DNA from: a virus
Lineage: Duplodnaviria > Caudoviricetes
Reading direction: 5' to 3' (one strand)
IMG/VR virus record: IMGVR_UViG_3300009156_000035
Span: 1 to 55,020 of that record
Length of the DNA: 55,020 nucleotides
This document shows positions 18,187-27,089 of the stretch, in pieces; positions within the stretch are counted from its first letter, which is position 1; every line of letters starts with the position of its first letter. The position numbers and the translations under genes are program-made. Below the pieces are notes generated by a model. That model was not told where the DNA came from and searched no databases. It was given only the letters and a program-made list of their open reading frames with translations.

Positions 18187-18455
18187 GTGCCGCTCTCCCA
18201 CAGGTACGGGTCTTCGGGCGATCCTGGGTTCGTGGGGCGCTCGTCGAGCAGGTGCAGCTGCGCTTCGAGCGCGCGGCTGCAGCGCTCCCAGAACTTGCTC
18301 GGGTAGCGAACCCCGACGCGCTTGAGGACATCGTTGGCCGCGTCCATCAGCTGGTCGGCGCGCTCGTCCGGCACGTCGCCGTGGCTGACCGCGTGCGCGC
18401 AGCTGAGCGCCACCAGCTCCACCAGGTCGTCGCCCGTGATCTCGTAGCGGATCAC
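18183..18455 (-). CDS. Hypothetical protein
   Basis: GTGA overlap; codon bias. Confidence 0.55.
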   Translation of the reverse strand: MIRYEITGDDLVELVALSCAHAVSHGDVPDERADQLMDAANDVLKRVGVRYPSKFWERCSRALEAQLHLLDERPTNPGSPEDPYLWESGT

Positions 18456-19252
18456 GGGTCGCCCATCATCTTCTTGATCGACGCCGCGAACATCTCGAAC
18501 ACCGGGTCGCCCTTCTTCGGCGCTGCGGGCAGCGTCTTCTTGACCGGGTCGCCCATCGACGTCACGTCGATCGGCTCGTCCACGACGCCCGTGCTCCACT
18601 CCTCCGCCGCCGTCTGCGCCAGCTCCGACATCGGCTCAGGCTCGGGTGGGTCGAGCACGACGATCGGGATCCCGTACAGCTCGGCCGTCAGCTTCAGCTC
18701 GTCGACGATCTCGTACGGCGCGAGCAGGCTCTTCGGGTAGGCGTACTGTGCGCGCACACCGTTCGACCCAGGGACGACGTTGCCCCAGAGGGCCACCTCG
18801 GCGATGACGCCTTCCGGCTTCACGTAGCTGAGGCAGTCCGACGGCTGCGAGACGGCGTAGATGCCGCAGGTGCAGCCCTGCGCCGGGGCCTCGTGCGTCA
18901 GCGGCTCCCAGCTCCAGCTCCAGCCGGGGGGCAGCGGGTTGCTCGGCTTGACGTTGACGGGCGCTTGAGTCGGCATGCTGGAGGAGGAGGAGACGACCGA
19001 AGTAACCGCCACGAGACGACCAGCGGGCACCGTCTTCGTCGCGTCCATCTCGCGCGGCTTGCCCTCGACCGGCACCCAGCTCCACTGCGACAGCCCGCGC
19101 GTGCACACCGCCTCCAGGCGGTGCTTCGCTGGCCACTGGATCGACTCGCTCGGGGACCAGAGCGTTCCGTCGCGGCTGATGTTGAGCGCCTTGAAGCCCT
19201 TGTACGGTTCGATGCTGTCCGGGACGACCGGCAGCTCCAGGATCTCGCTCAC
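18452..19252 (-). CDS. Conserved actinophage-type hypothetical protein (CTCGIYA…ALWG motif)
   Basis: KGFKA…LWSP…HEAP…CTCGIYA…EVALWG…GVRAQYA; RBS GAGG. Confidence 0.65.
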   Translation of the reverse strand: MSEILELPVVPDSIEPYKGFKALNISRDGTLWSPSESIQWPAKHRLEAVCTRGLSQWSWVPVEGKPREMDATKTVPAGRLVAVTSVVSSSSSMPTQAPVNVKPSNPLPPGWSWSWEPLTHEAPAQGCTCGIYAVSQPSDCLSYVKPEGVIAEVALWGNVVPGSNGVRAQYAYPKSLLAPYEIVDELKLTAELYGIPIVVLDPPEPEPMSELAQTAAEEWSTGVVDEPIDVTSMGDPVKKTLPAAPKKGDPVFEMFAASIKKMMGDP

Positions 19253-19512
19253 GCTGTCACCGCCTCGGCGCAGAGGTGCCTCAGCCCTCGGGTGATCGTG
19301 CAGGTCGGACACCCGCAGCCGAAGTCGAAGTCGTCGGGCAGAGCTGCGCGAATCTCAGTCGCCCACTCCCCCACGAACGTGGAGAGCGCGTCGTGGCTCA
19401 TCTTCTGCAGATCGGCTTCCTCCACCCACGCGAGCAGGTCGGCGCTGCCGGTCTCGTCGATCAGCTTGCGCACGGCGAGCCGACGGCGGGCACGCTCCTG
19501 GTATGCGCTCAC
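19249..19512 (-). CDS. Hypothetical protein
   Basis: GTGA overlap; RBS AGGAG. Confidence 0.55.
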   Translation of the reverse strand: MSAYQERARRRLAVRKLIDETGSADLLAWVEEADLQKMSHDALSTFVGEWATEIRAALPDDFDFGCGCPTCTITRGLRHLCAEAVTA

Positions 19513-19697
19513 AGCAGCGTCTCCTGCTTCGGCGCGATGCCGAGCTTCATCAGCCGGATGCACGAGTCGTGGGCGAGCTGGCCCGTCTGGGTGGCGAGGG
19601 TCATGCCCTTCGCCCCGTGCGGGCTGACCCAGCCGATCGACTCGCGCCAGGCCTGCCTCGGCTCCGTGATCTCTTCACCGCAGAGCTTGCAGGTCAC
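19509..19697 (-). CDS. Small Zn-finger-like protein
   Basis: CKLC…HDSC; RBS GGGAGG. Confidence 0.55.
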   Translation of the reverse strand: MTCKLCGEEITEPRQAWRESIGWVSPHGAKGMTLATQTGQLAHDSCIRLMKLGIAPKQETLL

Positions 19698-19879
19698 GCG
19701 GCCTCCCAGTCGGTCCAGCTCCAACCGCACTCGGTCTTGCTGGTTCCCATCACGGGCTTGTGCACGTAGCCCTTCGGCGAGACGACGTACGGACGGATCA
19801 TCCGCGTCGGCGCGGTCACGTCCTCCAGGCTGACGGCGTGGCCGTAGCAGCGGCGGCAGACCTTCTTCGGGGTGGTCAT
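19694..19879 (-). CDS. Small Cys-containing hypothetical protein
   Basis: CRRC; overlaps neighbours. Confidence 0.55.
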   Translation of the reverse strand: MTTPKKVCRRCYGHAVSLEDVTAPTRMIRPYVVSPKGYVHKPVMGTSKTECGWSWTDWEAA

Positions 19880-20019
19880 GCGGGCACCGCCGCAGGCACC
19901 GGCTCCTCGACGGGAGCTTCGACCGGCTCGGCCTCGACCGGCGCAGGCTCGCGCTCAGCGGGCACCGGGTCCTCGACCGGTTCGATCACGATCATGGGCT
20001 TCTCCGTCCCGATCTCCAT
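19876..20019 (-). CDS. Small Pro/Glu-rich peptide
   Basis: MEIGTEKPMIVIEPVEDPVP; RBS AGGAGG. Confidence 0.6.
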   Translation of the reverse strand: MEIGTEKPMIVIEPVEDPVPAEREPAPVEAEPVEAPVEEPVPAAVPA

Positions 20020-20092
20020 CACGCCTCCTACCAGTCGCGGATCCCGCCGACTCCTCGGCGAACCCAGGTTCGGATGGTCTCGACGAGCCGTC

Positions 20093-20986
20093 TCATCGAC
20101 CGGCTCCCGGCACCACAACCGCGCCACTCCCTCCAGGCCAACAGCTGAAGCCTGCCGGAAGAGGGGTGCCCTTGGCAACCATGTCGAGGCACTTCGAGAC
20201 GAGCACGTTCGGCTCCCTGGAGATCGTCGCCGTCAGCGCCTTGTTCGCCTCGGCCTCCTTGATCGCCGTCTGCACCCGCTGGCCAGCGATCCGGGTGTCC
20301 GCCTTCGCGGCCTGGTACTGGTTGATCTTCGTCTGCGTCTGCTTGTCGTGGTGCACGATCGGGATGAACACCGAGAGGATCTCAATCTGCTCGCCCACGC
20401 GATCGACGAGGGTGTCGTGCGTCCGCTTGCTCAGCTCTTCGAGCGATGGCCCGGCTGCAGGCGCGTCGGTGTTGACCGCCGCGAGCGGGTTGTAGTCGAC
20501 GAAGACGTCGTTGAGAGACTGATTCAGGTCGCGGACGACCAATGACTCGCGAACGTGCTCGAAGCCCCTGTAGTCGCGATACAGCGCCTCTGCGGCTAGC
20601 TGACGGATGCGCCAGCGGATGGTCACGTCGAGGCAGGCGACCGACTGGTTGCCGATGCGGACGTCGATCCCGTTGTTGTCGCGCCCGCCGTCCTCGCGGC
20701 AGAGGAAGTTGTCCGTCTGGATCGCGCCGTCCATCTCGTGCACCTTCTGCCACGGCCACTTGTGGTGCAGCCCGTTGTCGAGGTTGCCGACCGGCTTGTT
20801 GAAGGTCGTGACGACGCCCACCTGCTTGGTGTGGACGATCACGAAGTTGGAGACGATCAGGCAGGCCAGCGACAACGCGGCGACGCCGATCGTGAGCGAC
20901 CACTTGTAGTTGACCGGCGGGTTCGGGAGCGCCAGGCAGATCAGCGCCACCACTCCCAGGATCAGCGCGAAAACGAAGAGGTACAC
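20093..20986 (-). CDS. SPFH/band-7 domain membrane protein
   Basis: Two N-terminal TMs, then IVxTKQVGVVTTFNKP…GLHHKWPW and a C-terminal coiled coil (AIKEAEANK). Confidence 0.8.
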   Translation of the reverse strand: MYLFVFALILGVVALICLALPNPPVNYKWSLTIGVAALSLACLIVSNFVIVHTKQVGVVTTFNKPVGNLDNGLHHKWPWQKVHEMDGAIQTDNFLCREDGGRDNNGIDVRIGNQSVACLDVTIRWRIRQLAAEALYRDYRGFEHVRESLVVRDLNQSLNDVFVDYNPLAAVNTDAPAAGPSLEELSKRTHDTLVDRVGEQIEILSVFIPIVHHDKQTQTKINQYQAAKADTRIAGQRVQTAIKEAEANKALTATISREPNVLVSKCLDMVAKGTPLPAGFSCWPGGSGAVVVPGAGR

Positions 20987-20991
20987 GACGG

Positions 20992-21390
20992 CTACCGGTA
21001 CGCCCGCGAGCGCGGCGAGGTGCCGAACAGGAACTCGCGGCGCAGCAGGTTCGCCATCATCGGGTCGCCCAGCCGGTAGCGCGCGGTCACGTGCGACATC
21101 ACGTCGACCATCGACTCGTCCGGCACCCGCTCGACCGCGCCCAGCGCAGCCGCCTGCCGCTTCGCCTTGACGACCCGCTGGCCCGACGGAGTGAGGATCC
21201 AGCACTTCGCCTGCTCGTCGAAGTCGAACATGCCGAAGCGCCGCATCCAGGCCGCGCGTACCGCCGCGCCCTGAACGCCCGCGCCTCCGAGGCCAAGCGC
21301 CTCGCTCAGGCCGTGCGACGTCAGCCCGCCGTCCTTCTCGACCGCGAGCATCAGGTCAAGGTCGCGGAACTCCATCAGTCCAACGCTCAT
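20992..21390 (-). CDS. Hypothetical protein (possible winged helix)
   Basis: LTSHGLSEALG…WILTPSG pattern. Confidence 0.55.
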   Translation of the reverse strand: MSVGLMEFRDLDLMLAVEKDGGLTSHGLSEALGLGGAGVQGAAVRAAWMRRFGMFDFDEQAKCWILTPSGQRVVKAKRQAAALGAVERVPDESMVDVMSHVTARYRLGDPMMANLLRREFLFGTSPRSRAYR

Positions 21391-21791
21391 CGGATCACCT
21401 CGTAGGTCTTCTGGCCTCCACGGCCGGTCTTGACGAGCCGCAGCTCGCCGTTCTCATGCATCACGCGGAGCGCCTGGGCCACGGTGGCCTCCGACGGCAG
21501 CCGCTGGGTGTAGGTGCGCGCCAGGCCTGACGGCGTGAACGGAGCACCGTTCACCTCGGCGACGACCGCGCGCACCAGCTCCACGCTTGCGGCGCTGACC
21601 ACGTACTTCTTCTTGTCGCTCGGCTTCGGCTTACGGTCGGACGGCCCGATCGCCTCCGGCGCGAGCGAGGAGACCGCCCGCCGGAGCTTCTCGCGCTTCT
21701 CGCGCAGGCCCACGATCGTCTCCATCGCCGCCTTGTACTCGGCCTCGACGCGCTCGTACTCCTCGACGAGCGGCTTGACGTAATCATCCAT
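21387..21791 (-). CDS. Coiled-coil plus winged-helix-like protein
   Basis: N-terminal coil; FTPSGLA…TVAQALRVM…GELRLV. Confidence 0.6.
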   Translation of the reverse strand: MDDYVKPLVEEYERVEAEYKAAMETIVGLREKREKLRRAVSSLAPEAIGPSDRKPKPSDKKKYVVSAASVELVRAVVAEVNGAPFTPSGLARTYTQRLPSEATVAQALRVMHENGELRLVKTGRGGQKTYEVIR

Positions 21792-22092
21792 CGCGCTCGT
21801 CCTCCCGCTCGTAGCCGTTGGCGCGCATCCACGCCTGCCACCGGGGCAGGAGCTGGTGGAGTAGGTAGCGCGCGGCCAGCAGGATCTGAGACTGCCGCCA
21901 GAGGTCGGCCTCGCCGCCCCCGACGCTCATCGCCGACCAGCCGCCGCGTGGCCCGACCCTGCCGATGGACGCGCGCGGTGGTGCGCCGTTGTTCAGCGAC
22001 ACACGGATCGTGAGTCCCTCGACCGTCTGCTCGACGCCATCGTCCGTCACAACCCCGTCGATCCCGTCGTAGTCGAACGGCACGAAGCCCAT
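21784..22092 (-). CDS. Hypothetical protein
   Basis: MGFVPFDY with RBS GGAGG. Confidence 0.6.
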   Translation of the reverse strand: MGFVPFDYDGIDGVVTDDGVEQTVEGLTIRVSLNNGAPPRASIGRVGPRGGWSAMSVGGGEADLWRQSQILLAARYLLHQLLPRWQAWMRANGYEREDERDG

Positions 22093-22231
22093 CACGCGGC
22101 CTCCGCGCACTCGGCGCAGACGTTCATGTTGCTGGTCGTCTGAGTGACGAAGTGCCGCCACAGGCCGGTGACGAAGCGCCGACACTGCGCGCAATGGTTG
22201 CGGTAGCCCGCGCACCAAACCCAGCCGGTCA

Positions 22232-22429
22232 TCAGACCTCCACCTCCTCTAGCACTTCGTCCGGGAGCAGCACCAGGACACGTCCCGGCCTCCCGGTCTC
22301 ACGGTGATGGCTGATCGCATCCTTGAGCGCGTCGACCAGGAGCTGCGGCAGAACGCGGCCGTCGGCAATCGCGCTGGCGACCTCGGGGGTCATGCACAGC
22401 TCGGCGTTGATCTCCCACGGCTTCATCAC
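22232..22429 (-). CDS. Hypothetical protein
   Basis: GTGA overlap. Confidence 0.55.
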   Translation of the reverse strand: MMKPWEINAELCMTPEVASAIADGRVLPQLLVDALKDAISHHRETGRPGRVLVLLPDEVLEEVEV

Positions 22430-22758
22430 AGCCCCCCGTCCGCGTCGGAGTAGACGGTGCCGGACGCCATGTCGACCGCGCCTCCGGCTGAGCGAGCGAA
22501 CTCCTCCAGGTCCTCGACGGCCCCGAGGTTGACGCCGTTGACGGCGAAGCGCCCGTCGCGCTCAGCGGCGCGCTCGGCGTAGGCCTCCCGCTCCAGCTCG
22601 TTGACGAGGTTGAGCGCCGTGAGGAACGCCGCCTGCCGCCCGGAGGCGAACTCTGCGTCAGCATCCCTACCCTCGGCGCGGCGCGTAGCCGCAACCTGTG
22701 CTGCAGCGTCAGCCGAAAGCCGCAGCCGCTCCCTAAGTGCTGTCACGTCGATCGTCAT
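22426..22758 (-). CDS. Hypothetical early protein
   Basis: Promoter at 22777 and RBS GGAGGTGG. Confidence 0.65.
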   Translation of the reverse strand: MTIDVTALRERLRLSADAAAQVAATRRAEGRDADAEFASGRQAAFLTALNLVNELEREAYAERAAERDGRFAVNGVNLGAVEDLEEFARSAGGAVDMASGTVYSDADGGL

Positions 22759-22776
22759 CTCACCACCTCCACCCAC

Positions 22777-22789
22777 AGTATAGCACGAT
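22777..22789 (-). promoter_or_regulatory. Early-type promoter, extended -10 (GTGCTATACT)
   Basis: Repeated motif plus RBS. Confidence 0.65.
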
Positions 22790-22798
22790 TGGCTTAGC

Positions 22799-23083
22799 TC
22801 ATTCGCAGCACCGGTCGCAGACAGAGACGGTTGTGAACTGGCCGCAGACCATGCAGGTGCCGCGCCTCGCGCCTTCCGGCCCCAGCGCCTTCTCGTACAG
22901 CTCGTACCGATCGCGGAAGTCGTAGCGCTGCTGGAGCTGTCGCACGAGGACGCGGTAGTCCGTCATCTCGACCGGGGGCTTGTCCAGCTCGCGCCGCACG
23001 CTGCCGACGACTACGTAGAGCACCAGGCCGATCAGGAACCAGAAGCCCAGGGCAGCGAGCAGGCCGAGGAGCGCGATCATCAT
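22799..23083 (-). CDS. Membrane protein with RxxxYxxALG motif and C-terminal Zn ribbon
   Basis: N-terminal TM; RYELYEKALG; CMVC…CDRC. Confidence 0.65.
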   Translation of the reverse strand: MMIALLGLLAALGFWFLIGLVLYVVVGSVRRELDKPPVEMTDYRVLVRQLQQRYDFRDRYELYEKALGPEGARRGTCMVCGQFTTVSVCDRCCE

Positions 23084-23376
23084 CCGAGGAACCCGAAGCG
23101 CCGCTGTAGCGGTCCCGCCGTCCAGGGTGCCTGCTGGTCAGCGATCAGCTGCGCGCGCTCGTCCTCGGTCAGCGTGATTCCCTGCTCAGCGAGCGCCGCT
23201 TCGAGATCCTGCATCGCGGGCACCGCGTGCTTGCCGTCGCCGATCCACCAGATGCACTCCTCCTCGTCCTCGGGCTGCGTGGCGGCGAAGATCTGCGCGA
23301 AGAACGTCCCCAGCGGGGGATCCCAGCCGACGGCGACCTCGCGCCGTCCGGTGTCTTCGATCACATAGCGACTCAC
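23080..23376 (-). CDS. Hypothetical protein (VGWDPPLxTFFAQ family)
   Basis: MSRY start with RBS GGAGGGAGG. Confidence 0.7.
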   Translation of the reverse strand: MSRYVIEDTGRREVAVGWDPPLGTFFAQIFAATQPEDEEECIWWIGDGKHAVPAMQDLEAALAEQGITLTEDERAQLIADQQAPWTAGPLQRRFGFLG

Positions 23377-23424
23377 TGTGCCCTCCCTCCTCACTGGATT
23401 GTTCTCCAGCTCCTCGTATCCCAC

Positions 23425-23667
23425 TCAGATCACTCCGCGCGTCGTGTGGCGCTCCGGGTAGTCGAGCTGCGAGTCGAACGGCTCGCGGCGCTTGCTTGCC
23501 GTCAGGAAGTCATCGACCGCCTTCCCGAGCGTCCTCCCGGTCGTGCCGACGTAGGTCACCCCGTCGCGCATGTACGAGTAGAGCTGGACGCCGTCAAGCC
23601 AGCCGCGCTCGTAGGGCGTCAACGCGTCCCAGCCGCCGTGCTTCTTGATCGCCTCCTCCAGCCTCAT
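23425..23667 (-). CDS. Hypothetical protein
   Basis: RBS GAGGAGG; TGATG overlap. Confidence 0.65.
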   Translation of the reverse strand: MRLEEAIKKHGGWDALTPYERGWLDGVQLYSYMRDGVTYVGTTGRTLGKAVDDFLTASKRREPFDSQLDYPERHTTRGVI

Positions 23668-23984
23668 CAGCCCCTCCTCGCCGTGTGGCTCAGGTCGACG
23701 CCCTCGCCGGTCGCCTCGTTCCAGGCCTCGACCGGCTCGCGCACGGCGGTCTCATGGTCGCCGTCCTGCCAGGTGAAGGTCGCCCCCCGGCCGAGACTGG
23801 GATGGTCGACCTGCTCGTCGCTCAGCTGCGACTCGTTCGTCTTCCAGTAGCGCCCCATCGCGAACGTGGTGTACGCGCTGGACAGCCCCAGCACCAGCTC
23901 ACCCGGCAGCGGCCAGATCTCGTCTGGCGTCTGGTGCAGCTGGCCGTCGAGCGGCCCTCCCTCGAAGCGCGCGTAGTTGCTCAT
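23667..23984 (-). CDS. Hypothetical protein (FxGGPLDG motif)
   Basis: RBS GGAGG; N-terminal motif common in phages. Confidence 0.65.
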   Translation of the reverse strand: MSNYARFEGGPLDGQLHQTPDEIWPLPGELVLGLSSAYTTFAMGRYWKTNESQLSDEQVDHPSLGRGATFTWQDGDHETAVREPVEAWNEATGEGVDLSHTARRG

Positions 23985-24112
23985 CTCTTCGCCCTCCTCA
24001 GAGCCTCCTGGATCTTCTCGTATAGCGCGGCGACCTCTGGGTCGGTCACGCTTGGGTTCTCAAGCGCAGCCAGGATCAGCTCCGCTTGTCGTCTTGTCAG
24101 TCTCACGGTCAT
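23981..24112 (-). CDS. Small hypothetical protein
   Basis: MTVRLTRRQAELIL; RBS GGAGG. Confidence 0.5.
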   Translation of the reverse strand: MTVRLTRRQAELILAALENPSVTDPEVAALYEKIQEALRRAKR

Positions 24113-24123
24113 CTCCGGCCTCC

Positions 24124-24429
24124 TCAGCAGTAGCAGTCCCAGATCGGCCGACGGCAGAGGCCGCAGACCCGGCTGTTCGCCTTCTTGTACGCCTCCCAGG
24201 CCTCCGCGCAGTACAGCCCGGCGAAGCGCCGACCGGCGTGCGGCTTGGCGTGCCACTCCTGGTGGCCGGTGCAGAAGAACTCGTCGCCGTTCTCGTAGCG
24301 CTCGACGGAGGCCTCGGCCTCCTCGCGCGTGGTCGCGTTCGGGAGCGCCGTCCCGCCGTTGTCAGCCCAGAGGAAGCCGGAGTGTGCGCCCCACCATTTG
24401 CCCGTGCTCCCGATCACGACACCGGTCAT
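24124..24429 (-). CDS. Cys-rich hypothetical protein
   Basis: C-terminal CGLC…CYC. Confidence 0.6.
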   Translation of the reverse strand: MTGVVIGSTGKWWGAHSGFLWADNGGTALPNATTREEAEASVERYENGDEFFCTGHQEWHAKPHAGRRFAGLYCAEAWEAYKKANSRVCGLCRRPIWDCYC

Positions 24430-24432
24430 GCC

Positions 24433-24618
24433 TCAGCCCTCCCTGCGCATCCAGATGATCTGCCCCTTGGGGATCATGTAGCGCACCGTCTTGTCGTCCT
24501 CCTCGACGTCGAGGTGGATCGACAGCCCGTCGCCGCCGACGACCACCCCGCGCATCTGCCCCAGGCCACCGCCCAGCTGGATGGTGACCTGCTCGTGCTG
24601 CACGTCCTCGTACCTCAT
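24433..24618 (-). CDS. Small hypothetical protein
   Basis: RBS GGAGG; ATGA overlap. Confidence 0.6.
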   Translation of the reverse strand: MRYEDVQHEQVTIQLGGGLGQMRGVVVGGDGLSIHLDVEEDDKTVRYMIPKGQIIWMRREG

Positions 24619-25079
24619 GCGGCCCTCCAGTCGTCCATCGTGTAGGTGCCGCCTGCCCGCCGCTCGGCATCGGCAACCGCCTCGTCGATGGTCGAGCCGA
24701 ACGAGTACAGCTCCAGGTGCTCGCCGTCGTCGTTCGTCAGGTCGACCCGAACCCCGACGCCGTCGAGCCGGACGAAGCCGATCCCGGCCACCGCGAAGCG
24801 CGTCCCGAGCACCTCCAGGACATCGCCGACCGAGAGCGAGCGCTCCGCGTAGACGTCGTCGCCGACGAAGACGCCCGAACCCCGGTTCGTCATCGCGTAG
24901 GCGCGGTTGAGCACCGCGTTGGCCCGGTCGCCGGTCACGTCGGAGACGTCGACGTTGAGCGTCACGACGTGCTCCAGCTCGTCGTCGGCCTGGTAGGTCG
25001 ATTCCCCTCCACCGAAGCGCGAGAAGAGATCCTCGGCCCGGTTCAAGAACACCTTGACGTCGACTGTCATCGTGCTCAC
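24615..25079 (-). CDS. Hypothetical protein with YodL-like RSLSVGDV motif
   Basis: RSLSVGDVLEV…FAVAGIGF. Confidence 0.6.
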   Translation of the reverse strand: MSTMTVDVKVFLNRAEDLFSRFGGGESTYQADDELEHVVTLNVDVSDVTGDRANAVLNRAYAMTNRGSGVFVGDDVYAERSLSVGDVLEVLGTRFAVAGIGFVRLDGVGVRVDLTNDDGEHLELYSFGSTIDEAVADAERRAGGTYTMDDWRAA

Positions 25080-25267
25080 CCCTTCCCCTCGCTTGTCAGC
25101 CCCTCGCGCCGCGCGGTGGTCTCGTACACGCTGACCTCCACGCCCGAGTGGCCGATCCCGGCTTCGATCCTGAGCAAGCGGCCGTCCTCCGTTCGGACGA
25201 CCACTTCAGCCCACCCGACCGAGACGACCGTTGCCCCAATCGCCTCGCCGTTGCTAACCATCGCCAT
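25076..25267 (-). CDS. Small hypothetical protein
   Basis: RBS GGAGGG. Confidence 0.55.
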   Translation of the reverse strand: MAMVSNGEAIGATVVSVGWAEVVVRTEDGRLLRIEAGIGHSGVEVSVYETTARREGLTSEGKG

Positions 25268-25276
25268 CGGTCCCTC

Positions 25277-25621
25277 CTACCCGTACCGGTCGTAGTCGCG
25301 CTGCTCCAGCTCGCGGTAGAGCTGCTCGCGGAAGTCGCTGCCCGCCTCCGAGATCGCGTGGATCTGGGCGACGTCGTGGTAGCCCTGCTGGTACTCGGCC
25401 TCGTCGCGCCGCGCGAGCTGCGCGTCGACGTCGACCTCGTAGTCGCCGATCGACCCACCGTCGCCACCGCGCGTCCGGCTGAGGCCGGTGTCCGCGTAGC
25501 AGCGATCGTTGTCGTGGAACGCGCCGGTCTGCTTCGACCAGAGGATGTCCGAGCCGACGGCGATCACCTCGCCGCAGCCCTTACAGCGCCCTCGGAACTT
25601 CGCCTGCATCTTGCGCATCAC
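25277..25621 (-). CDS. Zn-ribbon protein, paralogue of 26321-26578
   Basis: MQAKFRGRCKGCG…H…C; RBS GGAGGTGA. Confidence 0.65.
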   Translation of the reverse strand: MMRKMQAKFRGRCKGCGEVIAVGSDILWSKQTGAFHDNDRCYADTGLSRTRGGDGGSIGDYEVDVDAQLARRDEAEYQQGYHDVAQIHAISEAGSDFREQLYRELEQRDYDRYG

Positions 25622-25811
25622 TCACCTCCGTCGTCAGCCACGATCGTGACGATGTAGCCGCGCTCGGCGGTCATCGGATCGACCCGCCGCGCCTTCACCG
25701 CGCGCCAGCCCTTGTAGACGTACTCGGCGCGGCGCTTCGCGCTCCGCGCGGTGCGCTCGTCCGAGTAGTGGACTTCCTTGCGGCGCTTCACTCGTCACCA
25801 CCTCCACCTGC

Positions 25812-25824
25812 AGTATAGCACGTT
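25812..25824 (-). promoter_or_regulatory. Early-type promoter (GTGCTATACT)
   Basis: Repeated motif plus GGAGGTGG RBS. Confidence 0.6.
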
Positions 25825-26030
25825 TAGTCCTCGACCACCGTCCAGCGGCCGACCGTGTTGCCGTTGCCGTCGCGCACGTGGAAGGAGTCCCCGGCCCGAA
25901 GCGTCGAGCTGTCGCCCGAGAATCCGAGCGCCGACTCGGCCGCGTCCAGGGACGCCGCGATCGCGCGCTTGACGTCGACGAGATCACTCATCGCGTCATT
26001 CCCCAGTGTCAGTTCGAGCACAAACCTCAT
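25824..26030 (-). CDS. Hypothetical protein (RDxNGNTVG motif)
   Basis: RBS GGAGGTGG. Confidence 0.65.
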   Translation of the reverse strand: MRFVLELTLGNDAMSDLVDVKRAIAASLDAAESALGFSGDSSTLRAGDSFHVRDGNGNTVGRWTVVED

Positions 26031-26051
26031 CTCGCCACCTCCGTAGCGGTT

Positions 26052-26071
26052 GGGGGCTGGCCGGAGCCAGC
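26052..26071. terminator. Short GC hairpin
   Basis: GGGCTGGC-CGGA-GCCAGCCC between two small genes. Confidence 0.4.
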
Positions 26072-26078
26072 CCGCCGG

Positions 26079-26306
26079 TTAGTCAGTGAGCAGTGCGCGG
26101 AGCGCCCTGTGGGGGCCACCGATCGACTGGAAGTCGATCCCGCGTCGCTGCGCCTCGTGGTACGTCCGCATCATCGCGTCGCTGTCGGCGAGGAACTGCT
26201 CGACCTGCCCGTGCTGCTTGAGCGACTCAGCCATCGCGATGATGCCCGCGTCCTGCTTCAACCGCGCCTCTTCCTCGCGGTAGTGGTTGGCTTCGAGAAC
26301 TGCCAT
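26079..26306 (-). CDS. Hypothetical protein
   Basis: RBS AGGAGGTGG. Confidence 0.65.
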   Translation of the reverse strand: MAVLEANHYREEEARLKQDAGIIAMAESLKQHGQVEQFLADSDAMMRTYHEAQRRGIDFQSIGGPHRALRALLTD

Positions 26307-26320
26307 CTGCCACCTCCTGG

Positions 26321-26578
26321 CTAGTAGTCGTTCCCGACCTGGACGCCGCGCTCGTAGTCGCGGTCGGCGTAGTACTGCTCGGCGGAGAGACCCGCCATCC
26401 GGTACTCCGCCTGCGTCTCCAGCTCCATCTCCGCGCGCTGCGTGAGGTAGGAGTCGCAGACCTCCTGGTCCGCGTGGAGAGCGCCCGTCGCCCGCGAGTA
26501 GCGGATCGTGTCGCCAGCGTAGAGCTGGCCACCACAGTCGCGACAGCGCCCGTCGTACCTAGCTGTCATGCGCTTCAT
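26321..26578 (-). CDS. Zn-ribbon protein, paralogue of 25277-25621
   Basis: MTARYDGRCRDCG…H…C; promoter at 26601. Confidence 0.65.
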   Translation of the reverse strand: MKRMTARYDGRCRDCGGQLYAGDTIRYSRATGALHADQEVCDSYLTQRAEMELETQAEYRMAGLSAEQYYADRDYERGVQVGNDY

Positions 26579-26600
26579 GTGCCACCTCCCTTCCACACAC

Positions 26601-26613
26601 AGTATAGCGCATT
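26601..26613 (-). promoter_or_regulatory. Early-type promoter (AATGCGCTATACT)
   Basis: Repeated motif plus RBS. Confidence 0.65.
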
Positions 26614-26626
26614 AGAGGGAGCGCCG

Positions 26627-26818
26627 CTAGTCGACGCTCCCTTCGTTCATGCGCTTCGCGGCAGCCTGGGCCTGGCGGAAGGTCTTGTGGAACGAGACCC
26701 GTCGCGCGCCCTTGCCGCCCTGCTTGTCCTGCGTGTCGATGACGGCGAACTTCTTGCCGTCTCGCTGGCCAGCGGATCCGGATGCACGGAAGCGCCAGCT
26801 CTTCTGCTCGTGCATCAT
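26627..26818 (-). CDS. Small basic hypothetical protein
   Basis: RBS AGGAGGTGG. Confidence 0.6.
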   Translation of the reverse strand: MMHEQKSWRFRASGSAGQRDGKKFAVIDTQDKQGGKGARRVSFHKTFRQAQAAAKRMNEGSVD

Positions 26819-26829
26819 CTCGCCACCTC

Positions 26830-27048
26830 CTAGACGTACTCGACGTTGACCCACTGCTCGACGACGTGCAGCAGGTTGTCACCAGCGGCCGTGGCCTCCT
26901 TGACGAAGTCCCGGATCGCGTCATCACTAGCCCCCGCCCGGCGGAGCGCAGCCTGAACGCGCCCCATCAGAAAGTGGGCGTTGCCATCCGCGCCCATCAG
27001 GGTCACGGTCAAGGTGACGTCGTAGAGAGCAGCCTGTCTGACTGCCAT
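26830..27048 (-). CDS. Hypothetical protein (LxGxDGNAxxLMGRV family)
   Basis: First gene after the promoter at 27077. Confidence 0.7.
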   Translation of the reverse strand: MAVRQAALYDVTLTVTLMGADGNAHFLMGRVQAALRRAGASDDAIRDFVKEATAAGDNLLHVVEQWVNVEYV

Positions 27049-27076
27049 CGTCACCACCCCCTTCACCTCCACCCAC

Positions 27077-27089
27077 AGTATAGCGCAAT
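27077..27089 (-). promoter_or_regulatory. Early-type promoter (TTGCGCTATACT) opening the accessory block
   Basis: Repeated motif; divergent TACAAT at 27094-27099 on plus strand. Confidence 0.65.
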
